Of a DNA stretch of 64,000 nt, positions 39,969 through 55,300 are shown in pieces. The stretch comes from the human T2T-CHM13v2.0 reference genome, Homo sapiens. Where the stretch lies: positions 15,968,001-16,032,000 of the forward strand of contig CP086569.2 of assembly GCA_009914755.4 (NCBI GenBank). The letters run 5' to 3'. Positions within the stretch are counted from its first letter, which is position 1, and each line of letters opens with the position of its first letter. The notes under the pieces were generated by a model, which saw only the letters and a program-made list of their open reading frames with translations, was not told where the DNA came from and ran no database searches. Made by a program: the position numbers and the translations under genes.

Positions 39969-40853
39969 TGTAAGAGTTACCTAAAGTGTCTGTAATTGTC
40001 CAGGCTTCCGAGGTGATTGGGCGTGTCAGTCTTCAACCGCAAAGCTGAGAAGATCTGGGAAGGAGTTAGTCAGAGATCCTGACGCCAGAGTTCCAAGGGC
40101 TCTGGGAGTGGTTGCTGGGTGATTCAGACAGTTCAATTGCCAGTGGGGTCCCACACAGATGGGACACAGGTTAGGAGGAATACCAAGCTTCAGGCATATC
40201 TTGGTGCAGTGGCCAGATTTTCAGCACTTGAAGCAAGATCCTGGGGGAGGAGACCCTGGAGGAATGGCTGACTGCTGCTGTTTAGGCATTCTGAAGTTCT
40301 TTTGTGCCAGAGATTTGGATGGGGTTTCTCCCAAAGCAGAGGCAAGTAATTGCGACAAAGAAATATGTTGCCACTTGGCTGCCTCTTCTTTATTATTGTA
40401 CACTTTTTAAAAGCAAGGTTAATTAATTCTTGTTGTGGGGTTTTAGGGCCAGATTCCAATTTTTGAAGGTTTTAGCTGATTGAGTAATAAAACGCTTATT
40501 GAGAGTAAGATGGCCTTCTGGCCCTTCTGGGTCCAAGGCTGTAAAGCTTCTCAGGGTTGCTGCCAAATGAGCCATGGGCTGGGCTGTGTTTTAATTTTTT
40601 CCTTGAGTAGTTTCTTTAAGTTTGTCATAATTAACAGGTTTGTATGCTGCCTTTTTAAGCCCTTCAACTAGGCAGGAAATCATGTGATCTCACCTAGCTA
40701 TACCTGAGGAATCTGCCTGATAGTTCCATTGGGGATCCTCTCGGGGAACTACTCTAATGCCTTCCTGGAGGTCTGGCTTATGAAGCCGGTGGTTGTCAGC
40801 ATGAGATTGGGCTAGAGAAAAAATAATCTTTCCCATTCATCTGTGGAGAGGGT

Positions 40854-41411
40854 TTAAGTTAGGATGACATTTAAGTCACTCAATGTTAAATTGTAGGACA
40901 TAGTTAGATATTGGAATTCCTGTATATATTTAGGGGGGTCTGATGAGAAAGAGCCTAAATGCTGACTTATTTGGGAGAGGTCAGCTAAAGAAAAAGGAGC
41001 ATTAACCTTGACTATGCCTTCAGCTCCAGCCACCTCTGTAAGAGGAAATTTTTGAGCAGGTGGGCTAGAGCTAGTTGCAGAACAAAACTGTAAGCCAGAA
41101 CAGGTGTGGGGAAGGGAGGTGACAGAAGTGTTGTAGGGTGGGGGAGCAGAGGCTGAAGAAGAGTTGGAGCCTGATTCAGCCTGGCAGGGAGTGACCTGAG
41201 GAGAAGCAGTCTGGGGAGGAGGAGAGAGGTCAGATGGGACTGTGAAAAAGGAAGATTCAAAAGACTCAGTGACACTTGGGTTTGGGACTGAAGGGACAGG
41301 CAGTTTGGAAAGAAGGAGGATTTGGGAAGAGTTGCATTGGGAACAGACACTAGGGTGGGAACAAAGTGTGAAAAATGTCTGGATGTCAGTCACCTCAGAC
41401 CATTTGCCCAT
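40854..41411 (-). pseudogene. ERV gag remnant: p12-like region with a PPPY late domain plus the capsid N-terminus
   Basis: The 185-aa ORF contains 'SAPPPYNTS' and 'KFPLTEVAGAEGIVKVNAPFSLADLSQISQHLGSFSSDPPKYIQEFQYLTMSYNLTLSDLNVILT'. This aligns with MLV gag '[61 protein letters not shown]'. Confidence 0.75.
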
Positions 41412-42134
41412 TTTTTGACAAAAATTATCTAGGTCTTGTAGGATGGAGAAATCAAAAGTGCCATTTTCTGGCTATTTGGAACCATTGTTGATTTTGTTTT
41501 GGGGGCCAGCAATATTGCACAAGAAAAGAAGGCATTTATGTTTCAGGTCAGGTGTGAGTTAAAGAGGTTTTAAGTTCTTGAGAACACAGGCTAAGGGAGA
41601 AGAAGGGGAAGTGGAGGGTGGAAATTTGCCTATAGTGAAGGAGGCAAACCCAGATAAAAGAGAGGGTAGAGAAACAGAGGTGGGGGAGGTGGTACTTGCC
41701 ATCCAGGGGAGATGGTGCTTGCCACCCAGGGGAGGTGGTAATTGCCACCAAGGTGAAAGATCAAGGCAAGCATTCCCATGTTGATCAGACACCTCTGAAA
41801 TGTGGGTGAAGGGTCAGGCAGGTGTCCCCACAATGATTTAGACACCAAGGGAAGACTATCTTCCTGAGTCCATGATCAGCGCTGGAGTTTTGAGTTCACA
41901 GGTAAAACATGTCTCCTTTGTCTCTACTAGAGAGGAAAAATAACAAGAATTGGAAGGACAGGGAGATTGATGGGTATCAAGGGAGGCTGAAGGAGAGTGA
42001 AAAGACTGCTTACCTGATTTGAAGTTAGTGAGATGTTCCTTGGGCTGGTTGGTCTGAGGACCCGAGGTCATAGGTGGATCTCCTCATGGAGTGAGGGAGA
42101 GGACAGGAGACCAGTCTCCTAAAGGAGTCCCTTG

Positions 42135-42152
42135 TCCCAGGTCTTCAGCACC
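42135..42152 (-). promoter_or_regulatory. Putative tRNA PBS of the provirus (degenerate)
   Basis: Minus strand 'TGGTGCTGAAGACCTGGG' lies 2 nt downstream of the LTR terminal '...TGACA'. It has a TGG start, and TGGTGC is shared with tRNA-His/Phe-type PBSs. Confidence 0.4.
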
Positions 42153-42154
42153 AA

Positions 42155-42538
42155 ATGTCACACGCATCCATGTGAAGTGAGTCCATTAACAGGCTTTATG
42201 TGAGCAACAAGGCTGTTTATTTCACTTGGGTGCAAGTGGACTGAGTCTGAGAAAGGAGTCAGCAAAGGCAAATGGGGTGGGGCAGCTTTATGAGATTTAG
42301 GTAGGTAGTGGAAAATTACAGTCAAAAGGAATGGTTCTTTTGTGAGTAGGGGTGGGATCACAGGGTCCTTAGCAGGGAGCTTCCGAGACTCATTGTCCAG
42401 GAGAAGGAATTTCACAAGGCAATGACAGGAGTTAAGGCAAAAACTGGCCATTTTCACTTCTTTTGTGGTTCTTCAGTTGCCTCAGGCCATCTGGATGTAT
42501 ACATGCAGGCTTAGGCTCAGATGCCTGACAGTATAGGT
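42155..42538 (-). mobile_element. 5' LTR (LTR7-like) of the provirus
   Basis: Direct repeat of 37375-37752 with the same TG...CA termini. Confidence 0.75.
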
Positions 42539-42551
42539 ATTGGATTATGGG

Positions 42552-42600
42552 GTTCTTTCTTTTCTTTTTCTTTTCTTTTCTTTTCTTTCTTTTTTTTGGG
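42552..42600. repeat. (TTTC)n microsatellite followed by G-runs
   Basis: 'ttctttcttttctttttcttttcttttcttttctttcttttttttgggggggtggggg'. Confidence 0.85.
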
Positions 42601-42604
42601 GGGG

Positions 42605-42858
42605 TGGGGGATACGTTCTAGCTGTGTTGCCCTGTCTGGAGTGCAGTAGCTTGATTACGGCTTACTGAAGGCTCCACCTTCCATCAAGTGGTAGTTGTGC
42701 CAGTTGTGTGCTACAATGCCTGGCTATTTTTTTCTTTTTACTATTTTATAAAGATGAGGTCTTGCTATGTTTCCCAGGCTGGTCTCAAACACCTGGCCTC
42801 AAGCAATCCTACCTAAGCCTCCCAAAGTGCTTGGATTATAAGCATGAACAACCATGCC
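42605..42858 (-). mobile_element. Degenerate Alu (reverse)
   Basis: 'gttgccctgtctggagtgcagtagcttgattacggcttactgaaggctccaccttcc...gatgaggtcttgctatgtttcccaggctggtctcaaacacctggcctcaagcaatcctacctaagcctcccaaagtgcttggattataagcatgaacaaccatgcctggc'. Confidence 0.7.
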
Positions 42859-43922
42859 TGGCAGGCAGTGTTTCTAAATAGTATTTTCCTAATGTTAAAA
42901 GTTATTGAGCACCTTTTCACATACTTATTTGCCATTTGTATATTCTCTTCAGTGAAATATCATTTTATCTCATTTACCAGTTTTCTGAATGGATTTAGAG
43001 TGTGTTTCTTTACTGCTAAGTTTGGAGTATTCTTTTTTCTTAATTACCAGTTGGTTTTCATACATGTCTGCCAATCTATAATTGGCCTTTTCGTCTTGTG
43101 AATAAGAGTGTTTGTCGACCAAAATGTTTTTAACTTTGACTAAGTGAAATTCACCAATATTTTTTCTTTTATTTGTCATGCTTCCTGTGTCATCTCTAAG
43201 AACTCCTTGCCTGAGCTTAGGCACAGTAAAAGTTCTCTTCTTGCTATTGTAATTTTTGCTAAAGGTTTTTACAGTTTTATGCTTTATACTTAAGTCCATG
43301 ATCCTATTAGATTGTATTTTTAATGCTAATAGATTCAGAGGCTACATGGAGACAATTGTTATAGGGATATATTGTATACTGGTAGAATTTGTGCTTCTGG
43401 TGTATTTATCAGCCAAACAGTGAACATTGTTCTGAATATGTCATTTTTCATCTGTCAATCTTTTCCCTCACCTTCTTCTGGAATCCCTAGTGTCTATTAA
43501 TTTTTTACCTTTATGCTCATGTGTACCTATGGTCTAGCTCCATTTGCAACTGAGAATATGAGTTTCTCATTCTGAATTATTTTACTTAAAATAATGGCCT
43601 CCCATTCCACCCATGTTACTATTAATACAAAAACATAATTTCATGGCTACATGTCATTCTATATATATAATAAATATGTCATATATTATAAAATATTGTC
43701 TTTATTGAATAATTCATTGATGGACACAAGTTGATTCCGTGACATTGCTATTAATAATAGTGCTGTTATAAACATACAAATGCAAGTGTCTTTTTGATGT
43801 AACCATTTATTTTCCTTTGAGTAGATTCTCAGTAATGGGATTGCTGTGTCAAATACTAGTTATACTTAGTCCCTTGTAAAACCTCTCTATTGATTTCCAT
43901 AGAGGTTATACTAATTTACATT

Positions 43923-44022
43923 CACACCAGCTGTCTATCTTCTTCTTCTTTTTCTTCTTCCTCTTCTTCTTCTTCTCCTCCCTCCTCTTCTTTCTTCTTC
44001 TTTTCCTTCTTCTTCTGTTGTA
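43923..44022. repeat. (CTT)n/(CTC)n trinucleotide-rich simple repeat
   Basis: 'cttcttcttctttttcttcttcctcttcttcttcttctcctccctcctcttctttcttcttcttttccttcttcttc'. Confidence 0.85.
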
Positions 44023-44318
44023 TTTTTTTTGACCGAGTTTCACTTTTGTCACCCAGGAGTGCATTGGAATGCAATGGCATGATCTCAGCTCACAGCAACC
44101 TCCACCTCCCAGGCTCAGGTGATTCTCCTGCCTCAGCCTCCCTGGTAGCTGGGAATATAGGCACACATCACCCTGCCCAGCTAATTTTTGTCTCTTTAGT
44201 AGAAATGAGGTTTCACCATTTTAGCCAGGCTGGTCTTGAACTCCTGACCTCAGGTGATCTGCCTGCCTCGGCCTCCCAAGGTGTTAAGATTACAGACGTG
44301 AACCACTGCACCAAGCCG
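44023..44318 (-). mobile_element. Alu SINE (reverse)
   Basis: 'tttttttgaccgagtttcacttttgtcacccaggagtgcattggaatgcaatggcatgatctcagctcacagcaacctccacctcccaggctcaggtgattctcctgcctcagcctccctggtagctgggaatataggc...ccaggctggtcttgaactcctgacctcaggtgatctgcctgcctcggcctcccaaggtgttaagattacagacgtgaaccactgcaccaagccgg'. Confidence 0.85.
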
Positions 44319-44909
44319 GTGTTCTTTTTTTCATCACACCCTTGCCATATATTAATTTTTCAAATAAATTGTAGGTCATAAGTTGAGGTTATATCTGATT
44401 CTTTGTTTCCTATGGATATCCAATTCCTCCAGCATTATGGTCTGGCAAATTTGAGGAGGTTTCAGCTTTTCTTTCTCTGAGCACTTTTTTAGCCTGCCCT
44501 CTCTTGTCTTGTCTTATACTCGGACTCTCATGACACAAACTATAGATATTTTGTTATAAGACCACAGGTCCCTATGCATCTACTCATATTTCTTCCAACA
44601 TACTTGACCCCTTATCTCTGTATCTCAACCTTGAAGCTATCCATTTTGTTTGTTTTGTCATTGTTTCTAAATTTTTTCATTGTAAGATTATTATTATTAT
44701 TTATTGTTATACTTAAAGTTTTAGGGTACAGGTGCACAACGTGCAGGTTAGTTACATATGTATACATGTTACATGTTGGTGTGCTGCACCCGTTAACTCG
44801 TCATTTAACATTAGTTAAATCTCCTAATGCTATCCCTCCACCTCGCCCTACCCCACAACAGGCCCCAGTGTGTGATGTTCCCCTTCCTGTGTCTGAGTGT
44901 TTTCATTGT

Positions 44910-47560
<2,651 letters not shown>

Positions 47561-47564
47561 TCTA

Positions 47565-48467
47565 GCTTAAAAAGCTTATTTTGGCTGGATATGAAATACT
47601 GGGTTGAAAATTCTTTTCTTTAATGTTGAATATTGGCCCCACTCTCCTCTGGCTTATAGGGTTTGTGCCCAGAGATCCACCATTAGTCTGATGGGCTTCC
47701 CTTTGTGGGTAATCCAACCTCTCTCTGGCTGCAATCAATATTTTTTCCTTCATTTCAGATTCCTTCATGGGGAATCTGACGATTATGTGTCTTGCAGTTG
47801 CTCTTTTCAAGGAATATATTTGTGGTGGTCTCTGTATTTCCTGAAATTGAATGTTGGCCTGCCTTGCTAGGCTGGGTAAATTCTCCTGGATAATATCCTG
47901 AAGGGTGTTTTCTAACTTTGTTCCATTCTCCCCATCACTTTCAGGTACACCAATCAAAGGTAGGTTTGGTCTTTTCACATAGTCCGATATTTCCTGCAGG
48001 CTTTGTTCATTTCTTTTCACTCTTTTTTTCTGTAATCTTGTCTTCTTGCTTTATTTCATTAATTTGATGTTCCATCACTGATATCCTTTCTTTTGCTTGA
48101 TGAAATCAGCTATTGAAGCTTGCATATGCTGCACGAATTTCTTGTGCTGTCATTTTAACTCCATCAGGTCATCTGTGTTCTTTTCTACACTGGTTATTCT
48201 AGTTAGCCATTCATCTAACCTTGTTTCAAGGTTTAGTTTCCTTACAACGGGTTAGAACATGCTCCTTTAGCTCAGAGAAGTTTGTTATTACCCACATTTT
48301 GAAGCCTACTTCTGTCAACTCGTCAAACTCAACCTCTGTCCAGTTTTGTTCCTTTGCTGGCAAGGAGTTGCGAATCTTTGGAGGGGAAGAGGATTCGGTT
48401 TTTTGGAATTTTTCGCCTTTCTTTTGTGATTTCTCCCCATCTTTGTGGTTTTATCTACCATATTTTC
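47565..48467 (-). pseudogene. L1 ORF1 remnant (interrupted by stops)
   Basis: The start 'ATGGGGAGAAATCACAAAAGAAAGGCG' is the reverse complement of 48441-48467. C-terminal region peptides read 'RATARHIIVRF..KEKILIAARE.....GPIFNIKEKNFQPSISYPAKISF'. Confidence 0.8.
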
Positions 48468-50024
48468 TTTGATGTTGTTGAACTACATGGGTTTTCGTTG
48501 TGGATGTCCTTTCTGTTGATGTTGATGCTATTCCTACCTTTTTGTTAGTTTTCCTTCAAACAGGCCCCTCTGCTGGAGGTTCATTGGAGTTTGCTGGAGT
48601 TCCACATCAGACCCTGTTTACCTGGGTATAACCAGCAGAGGCTTCAGAACAGCAAATATTCCTTTTTTATCCTTCCTCTGGAAGCTTCATCCTACAAGAG
48701 AACCTGCCAGCTGCCAGCCAGATCTCTCCTATATGAGGTCTAATCAGAGATTTGACTTCTGAGTATGAGGTGTCTGTCTGCTCCCTCTGGGAGGTGTCTC
48801 CCAGTCAGGCTATGCACGGTTCAGGGACCCACTTGAGGAGGTAATCTCTCTGATATCAGAGCTGAACTGCCATGCTGGGAGAATTATTGGTCTCTTCAGT
48901 GCTGTCAGGCTGGAACATTTAAGTCTGCAGTAACTTGGCCCACAGCCATCACTTCCCCAAGGTGCTCTGTCCCAGGGAAATGAGGATTTTATCTGTAAGT
49001 CCCTGACTGGGGCTGCAGCCTTTTGTTCAGATATGCCTTGCCTACAGAGGTAGAATCTAGAGAGGCAATCAGCCTTGCTGATCTGCAGTGGGCTCCGCCC
49101 AGTTTGAGCTTCCTAGCAGTGTTGTTTACCGTGTGAGGATAAAACTGCCTACTCAAGCCTCAGCAAAGGCTAACGCCCCTCCCCACATCAAGCTCCAGCT
49201 TCCCAGGTAGATCTCAGACTGCCGTGCTAGCAGTGAGGATTCCAAACCAATGGACCTTAGCTTGCTGGGCTCCGTGGGCATGGGACCCACAGAGCCAGGC
49301 ACCAGAGGGAATCTCCTGGTCTGCCAGTTGCAAAGACCATGGGAAAAGTGCAGTATTTTTGCTGGAGTCTACCATTCTTCACGGTACAGACTCTTGTGGC
49401 TTCCCTTGGCTAGGAAAGGGAAATACCCCAACCCCGCACGTTTCCCAGGTGAGGCGATCCCTCGCCCTGATTTGGCTTGCCCTCCATGGGCTGCACCCAT
49501 TGGCCAATGAGGTACCTCAGTTGGAAATGCAGAAATCACCGTCTTCTGCCTCCTCACTGGGAGCTGCAGACCGGAGCTATTCCTATTTGGCCATCTTGGA
49601 ACCTATACTGAAATTTTACCCCTTACTGAGAATAATTACCAAATAAATAGAATAATGCCTATCATATGATCATTGAAAAAGCATTCGTTGTCACCTGTGA
49701 ATGTTGAGAAATATTTTTTATGTGAAGAGATAGCACTTTTTGTAGGTTTTTTGTTACTTTATAGAAATAGAGGCCAATTATTCATTTTTCTACATCATGC
49801 ATTTAAAATGTTACTTTTTAATTAAAAACATAATCTTGAGCTCTTTTATGACAAATGATATCAATCTATTTCATTCTTTTAAATTTCTGTTGTATTTCTC
49901 TGTACTTTACACCTTACTTTAAGCGAGCCCTCTTCTATTGATGGAAATAAAGTATTTCAATAGTTACTTCAAATGTTCTGTTTTTCATTTGTCAGTTTTT
50001 TTTTAAATAAAAACAATGCATCTA

Positions 50025-50324
50025 TTTATTTATTTGTTTATTTAAGAGACAGTGCCTCACTTTGTCTCCCACGGTGGAGTGAAGTAGTGCAATCACAGCT
50101 CACTGCATCTTTGAACTCCTGGGATTAAGTGATCTTCCATCTCAGCCTCTCAAGTAGCTGTGATTATAGACAGGCATGATTAAGTCTGACAAATTTTTGA
50201 TTTAGTTTTTTATACAAAGAGCTATGTTGCACAAGCTGGTCCCAAACTCCTGATCTCAAGCAATCTTCCCATTTTGGTCTCCCAAACCACTGGAATTACA
50301 GAGAGGTTCCACTATGCCCAGCTC
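50025..50324 (-). mobile_element. Old Alu (reverse) with an insertion in its centre
   Basis: 'agagacagtgcctcactttgtctcccacggtggagtgaagtagtgcaatcacagctcactgcatctttgaactcctgggattaagtgatcttccatctcagcctctcaagtagctgtgattatagacaggc ... gctggtcccaaactcctgatctcaagcaatcttcccattttggtctcccaaaccactggaattacagagaggttccactatgcccagctcc'. Confidence 0.8.
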
Positions 50325-51018
50325 CTTTTTTTTTTTGAAATTGTATTTTAATACCTGTCTACAAATCATTTTCTGTACATGTAGTCATTTGTGCACTCAA
50401 TCTTAGCATTATAACTTTGAGGTCAGAGGATATAAAAAACTAAATTTCTAAGTGTAGTGTCCAGCCCTACAGGGCTTGTGGGTTTTAAAAATAAAGACAT
50501 AAGACAAAGAGAGAGAAAAAGACAGCTGGGCCCGGGGGACCACTATCACTAATGCACGGAGTCAGGTAGTGGCCCCGAATGCCTGGACTTGCTGATATGT
50601 ATTGTATACAAGGCAAGGGGATAGGATAAGGAGGTGAGTCATCTCAAATCATTGATAAGTTCAAGCAAGTCACGTATCCACAATGCAAGGGGTCTCTCCA
50701 TTTGTGGTAGTCGAAGCAGAGAGGGAGGACAGCATACATCAGCATTTCTTCTGTGAACTTATCCGAAAGATCAAAGACTTTAATACTTTCACTAATTTTG
50801 GTACTGCTATCTTCTAAGAACTTAAGAGAGGCAGCAGGTGTACAGGCAGAACATGAAAGTGGACAAGGGGTGTGACCACTGAAACACTGTACCACAGGGA
50901 GACGTTTAAGCCTCCAGATGACTGTGGGCAGGCCTGGCTAATGGCAGGCCTCCCACAAAAGCTGGTGGAGCAGAGTGTTCTCTAACTCCTCCAGGGAAAG
51001 GGAGACTCCCTTTCTCAG

Positions 51019-51124
51019 TCTGCTAAGTAACAGGTGCCTTCCCGGGCACTGGCACTACTGCTAGACCAAGGTCTGCTAAGTAATGGGTGCCTTACCAGGC
51101 ACTGGTGCTACCGCTAGACCAAGG
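51019..51124 (+). repeat. Tandem duplication, 2 x 53 bp, ~87% identical
   Basis: 'tctgctaagtaacaggtgccttcccgggcactggcactactgctagaccaagg' is followed at once by 'tctgctaagtaatgggtgccttaccaggcactggtgctaccgctagaccaagg'. Confidence 0.75.
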
Positions 51125-52336
51125 AGCCCTCAAGCATCCCTTATCTGAGTGTGACAGATGGCTCACACTCTTGTCTTCTGGTCACTTCTTACAATGTCCC
51201 TTCAGCTCTTAACTCTGTATGGCTTGGTGTTTCCTAGGTTATGAATATAAAACAGAGATTATTATAATAATAAAACAAAGACCAACAATACCAACTAATG
51301 ATTCATAATATTCATATGTAATCAGATCTATATCCTATTTCTAGTATGTCTTTTCTTATTCTAATTATTTTCTTTATTATACTGGAACAGCTTGTGCTTT
51401 CAGTCTCTTGCCTCAGCACCTAGGTGGCTTTCTACTCACAACTAAGCTTTTCTAAATTTTCTCCAAAGGTTTTACTAACTGAGGTTCCTTATGGGTCTAT
51501 ATGTGATTCTCTAAATGCCCATCTCTTCTAAGTCCTTGTTTGCTTGAGATTGTTAAAATTTAGCAAAATAAAAGATGAAAGATTATATCTATGTTTTAAT
51601 TAGAATTTTAATTAAGAGAAAGGTTATTTTTGCAGACGTAATTAAACCCTGCTATTTCCCTTTCTGTCATGTGCCTGATAAAACTATTGGTTCTTATCCA
51701 ATATACACAAGCGTGTTCAAATAAAATAAATTAAATAATAGCATATGTAAACATTTACAGATTAATCTGAGAAAACTTCCCAGGAATAAGACATATGTCT
51801 ATAGGCTTTACATTATAGATATATCTCTATAAGCTTTATATCATATAATATAAAGATATATTATATTTATATATTATATTTATATTTTATATTATTCCCA
51901 AAGTAGATCAACCTGAGATATTCTAGACTTTTCAGAAAACAAAAAATAAATCAATGGGGCAGCATGTTACATGATAAGACCACTTATGTGGGTTAGGGTC
52001 CAATAAGACAGGTGTTAGTTGTCAAGACAGAAATGTTCAGTGTTAGAAGACCATGTAACAATGTATACAAACTACTGAAAGAAGAAATGTGTAAACTACC
52101 AGTTTATATAACCATGCTGTCATTAAAAGATAGTGCCCATGGGGGAAAAATGCACATTTAGGATGTATAGTTCCTGCAACTTCTGTTAGAAAAAACACCA
52201 AATAACTATTTTGTTTTCTATTGATGCTACTAAAAGTTACCAAAACTTATCAGCTGCAAATCTGATTGGATCAAATAAAAGAAACAAAGTCCCATCAAAA
52301 AAACTAAAAGATATAAAGGAGAACCAAATAAAAATG

Positions 52337-55300
52337 TTACAATGGTCCGTGATCCCAGTGTAGCCTAACTGGGAGGTTCCCCCTAGTAGGGGCAGACTGA
52401 CACCTCACACGGCCGGGTACTCCTCTGAGACAAAACATCCAGAGGAATGATCTGGCAGCAATATTTGCTGCTCACCAATATCCGCTCTTCTGCCACCTCC
52501 GCTGCTGATACCCAGGCAAACAAGGTCTGGAGGGGACCTCCAGCAAACTCCAACAGAAATGCAGCTGAGGGTCCTGACTGTTAGAAGGAAAACTAACAAA
52601 CAGAAAGGACATCCACAACAAAACCCCATCTGTATGTCACCATCATCAAAGACCAAAGCTAGATAAAACCACAAAGATGGGGGAAAAAACAGAGCAGAAA
52701 AACTGGAAACTCTAAAAATCAGAGCACCTCTCCTCCACCAAAGGAACGCAGCTCCTCACCAGCAATGGAATAAAGCTGGACAGAGTATGACTTTGATGAG
52801 TTGAGAGAAGAAGGCTTCAGATGATCAAACTACTCTATGCTAAAGGAGGAAGTTCAAACCCATGACAAAGAAGTTAAAAACCTTGAAAAAAAATTAGATG
52901 AATAGCTAACTACAATAACCAATGCAGAGAAGTCCTTAAAGGACTTGATGGAGCTAAAAACCAAGGCAGGAGAACTACATGAGGAATGCACAAGCCTCAG
53001 TAGCTGATTTGATCAACTGGAAGAAAGGGTATCAGTGATAGAAGATCAAATGAATGAAATGAAGTGAGAAGAGAAGTTTAGAGAAAGAAAAGAATAAAAA
53101 GAAATGAACAAAGCCACCAGAAAATATGGGACTATGTGAAAAGACCAAATCTACATCTGATTGGTGTACCTGAAAGTGATGGGGAGAATGGAACCAAGTT
53201 GGAAAACACTCTGCAGGATATTATACAGGAGAACTTCCCCAATTTAGCAAGGTAGGCCAACATTCAAATTCAGGAAATACAGAGAATGCCACAAAGATAC
53301 TCCTCAAGAAGAGCAACTCCAAGACACATAATTGTCAGATTCACCAAAGTTGAAACGAAGGAAAAAATGTTAAGGGCAGCCAGAGAGAAAGGTCGGGCTA
53401 TCCACAAAGGGAAGCCCATCAGATTAACAGATGATCTCTTGGCAGAAACTATACAAGCCAGAAGAGAGTGAGGGCCAATATTCAACATTCTTAAAGAGAA
53501 GAATTTTCAACCCAGTATTTCATATTTAGCCGAATTAAGCTTCATAAGTGAAGGAGAAATAAAATACTTTACAGACAAGCAAATGCTGAGAGATTTTGTC
53601 ACCACCAGGCCTTCCCTAAAAGAGCTCCTGAAGGAAGCACTAAACATGGAAAGGAACAACTGGACCAGCCACTGCAAAAACATGCCAAATTGCAAAGACT
53701 ATCAAGGCTAGGAAGAAACTGCATCAACTAATGAGCAAAATAACCAGCTAACATCATAATGACAGGATCAAATTTACACATAACAATATTAACCTTAAAT
53801 GGAAATGGGCTAAATGCTTCAAGTAAAAGACACAGACTGGCAAATTGGATAAAGAGTCAAGACCCATCAGTGTACTGTATTCAGGAAACCCAGTTCACAT
53901 GCAGAGACACACATAGGCTCAAAATAAAGGGATGGAGGAAGATCTACCAAGCAAATGGAAAACAAAAAAAGGCAAAGGTTGCAATCCTAGTCTCTGATAA
54001 AACAGACTTTAAACCAACAACGATCAAAAGAGACAAGGCCATTACATAATGGTAAAGGGATCAATTCAATAAGAAGAGCTAACTATTCTAAATATATATT
54101 CACCCAATACAGGAGCAACCAGATTCATAAAGCAAGTCCTTAGAGACCTACAAAGAGACTTAAACTCCCACACAATAATAATGGGAGACTTTAACACCCC
54201 ACTGTCAATATGAGACAGATCAGAAAGACAGAAAGTTAACAAGGATATCCAGGAATTGAACTCAGCTCTGCACCAAGTGGACCTAAAAGACATCTACAGA
54301 GCTCTCCAACCCAAATCAACAGAATATACATTCTTCTCAGCATCACACTGCACTTATTCTAAAATTGACCACATAGTCGGAAGTAAAGCACTCCTCAGCA
54401 AATGTAAAAGAGCAGAAATTATAACAAACTGTCTCTCAGCCAGTGAGAAAACATGGCACATTGTAAAGGCCATTGATGCTATTAAGAAACTGCATCAAGT
54501 AATGGGCAAAATAATCAGCAAGCATTATAATGACAGGATCAAATTCACACATAACATATTAACCTTAAGTGTAAACTGGCTAAATGTCTCAATTAAAAGA
54601 CACAGACTGGCAAATTGGATAAACAGTCAAAACAATCCATGTGCAGTGTTCAGGAGACCCATCTCAAGTGCAAAGACACACATAGGATCAAAATAAAGGG
54701 ATGGAGGAAGTCATCTACCAAGCAAATTGAAAGAAAAAAAAGCAGAGGTTGCAATCCTAGTCTCTAATAAAACAGACTTTAAACCAACAAAGATCAAAAA
54801 AGACAAAGAAAAGCACTATATAATGATAAAGAGATCAAAGCTAAAAGAAGAGCTAACTACCCTAAATATATATATGCACCCAATCCAGGAACACTCAGAT
54901 TCATAAAGCAAGTTTTTAGGGACCGAAAAAGAGACTTAGACTCCCACACAATAATAGTGCGGGAATTTCACACCCCACTGACAATATTAGACAGATCAGT
55001 GAGACAGAGAATTAACAAGGATACCCAGGACTTGAACTCAGCTCTGGACCAAGCAGACCTAAAAGACATCTACAGAACTCTCCACCCAAAATCAACAGAA
55101 TATACATTCTTCTCAGCACCACACGGCACTTATTCTAAAAATTGACCACATAATTGGAAGTAAAACAATCCCCAGCAACTGAGCAACCTGCTCCTGAATG
55201 ACTACTGGCTAAATCGCAAAATTAAGGCAGAAGTAAAGATGTTCTTTGAAACCAATGAGAAAAAGGACAAAATGTACCAGAATCCCTGGGACACATGTAA

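Larger units (their letters stand above)
37375..42538 (-). mobile_element. Internally deleted class I ERV provirus (~5.2 kb) with two ~380-bp LTR7-like LTRs; HERV-H-type by recollection of the LTR7 consensus. Order is 5'LTR-PBS-gag-pro-(pol remnant)-3'LTR.
   Basis: Direct repeats 37375-37752 and 42155-42538 are roughly 87% identical by eye. On the minus strand each begins 'TGTCAGGCCTCTGAGCCCAAGCCTGCATGTATACATCCAGATGGCCTGAGG...' and ends '...GTGAAATAAACAACCTTGTTGCTCACACAAAGCCTGTTGGTGGACTCGCTTCACACAGATGTGCATGACA'. They contain 'CTTTTGACTGTAATTTTCC' and 'AAATCCTATGAAAC', which match my memory of LTR7. A tRNA primer-binding-site (PBS)-like 'TGGTGCTGAAGACCTGGG' sits 2 nt downstream of the 5' LTR. 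The gag capsid and protease remnants are listed separately below. Confidence 0.8.
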
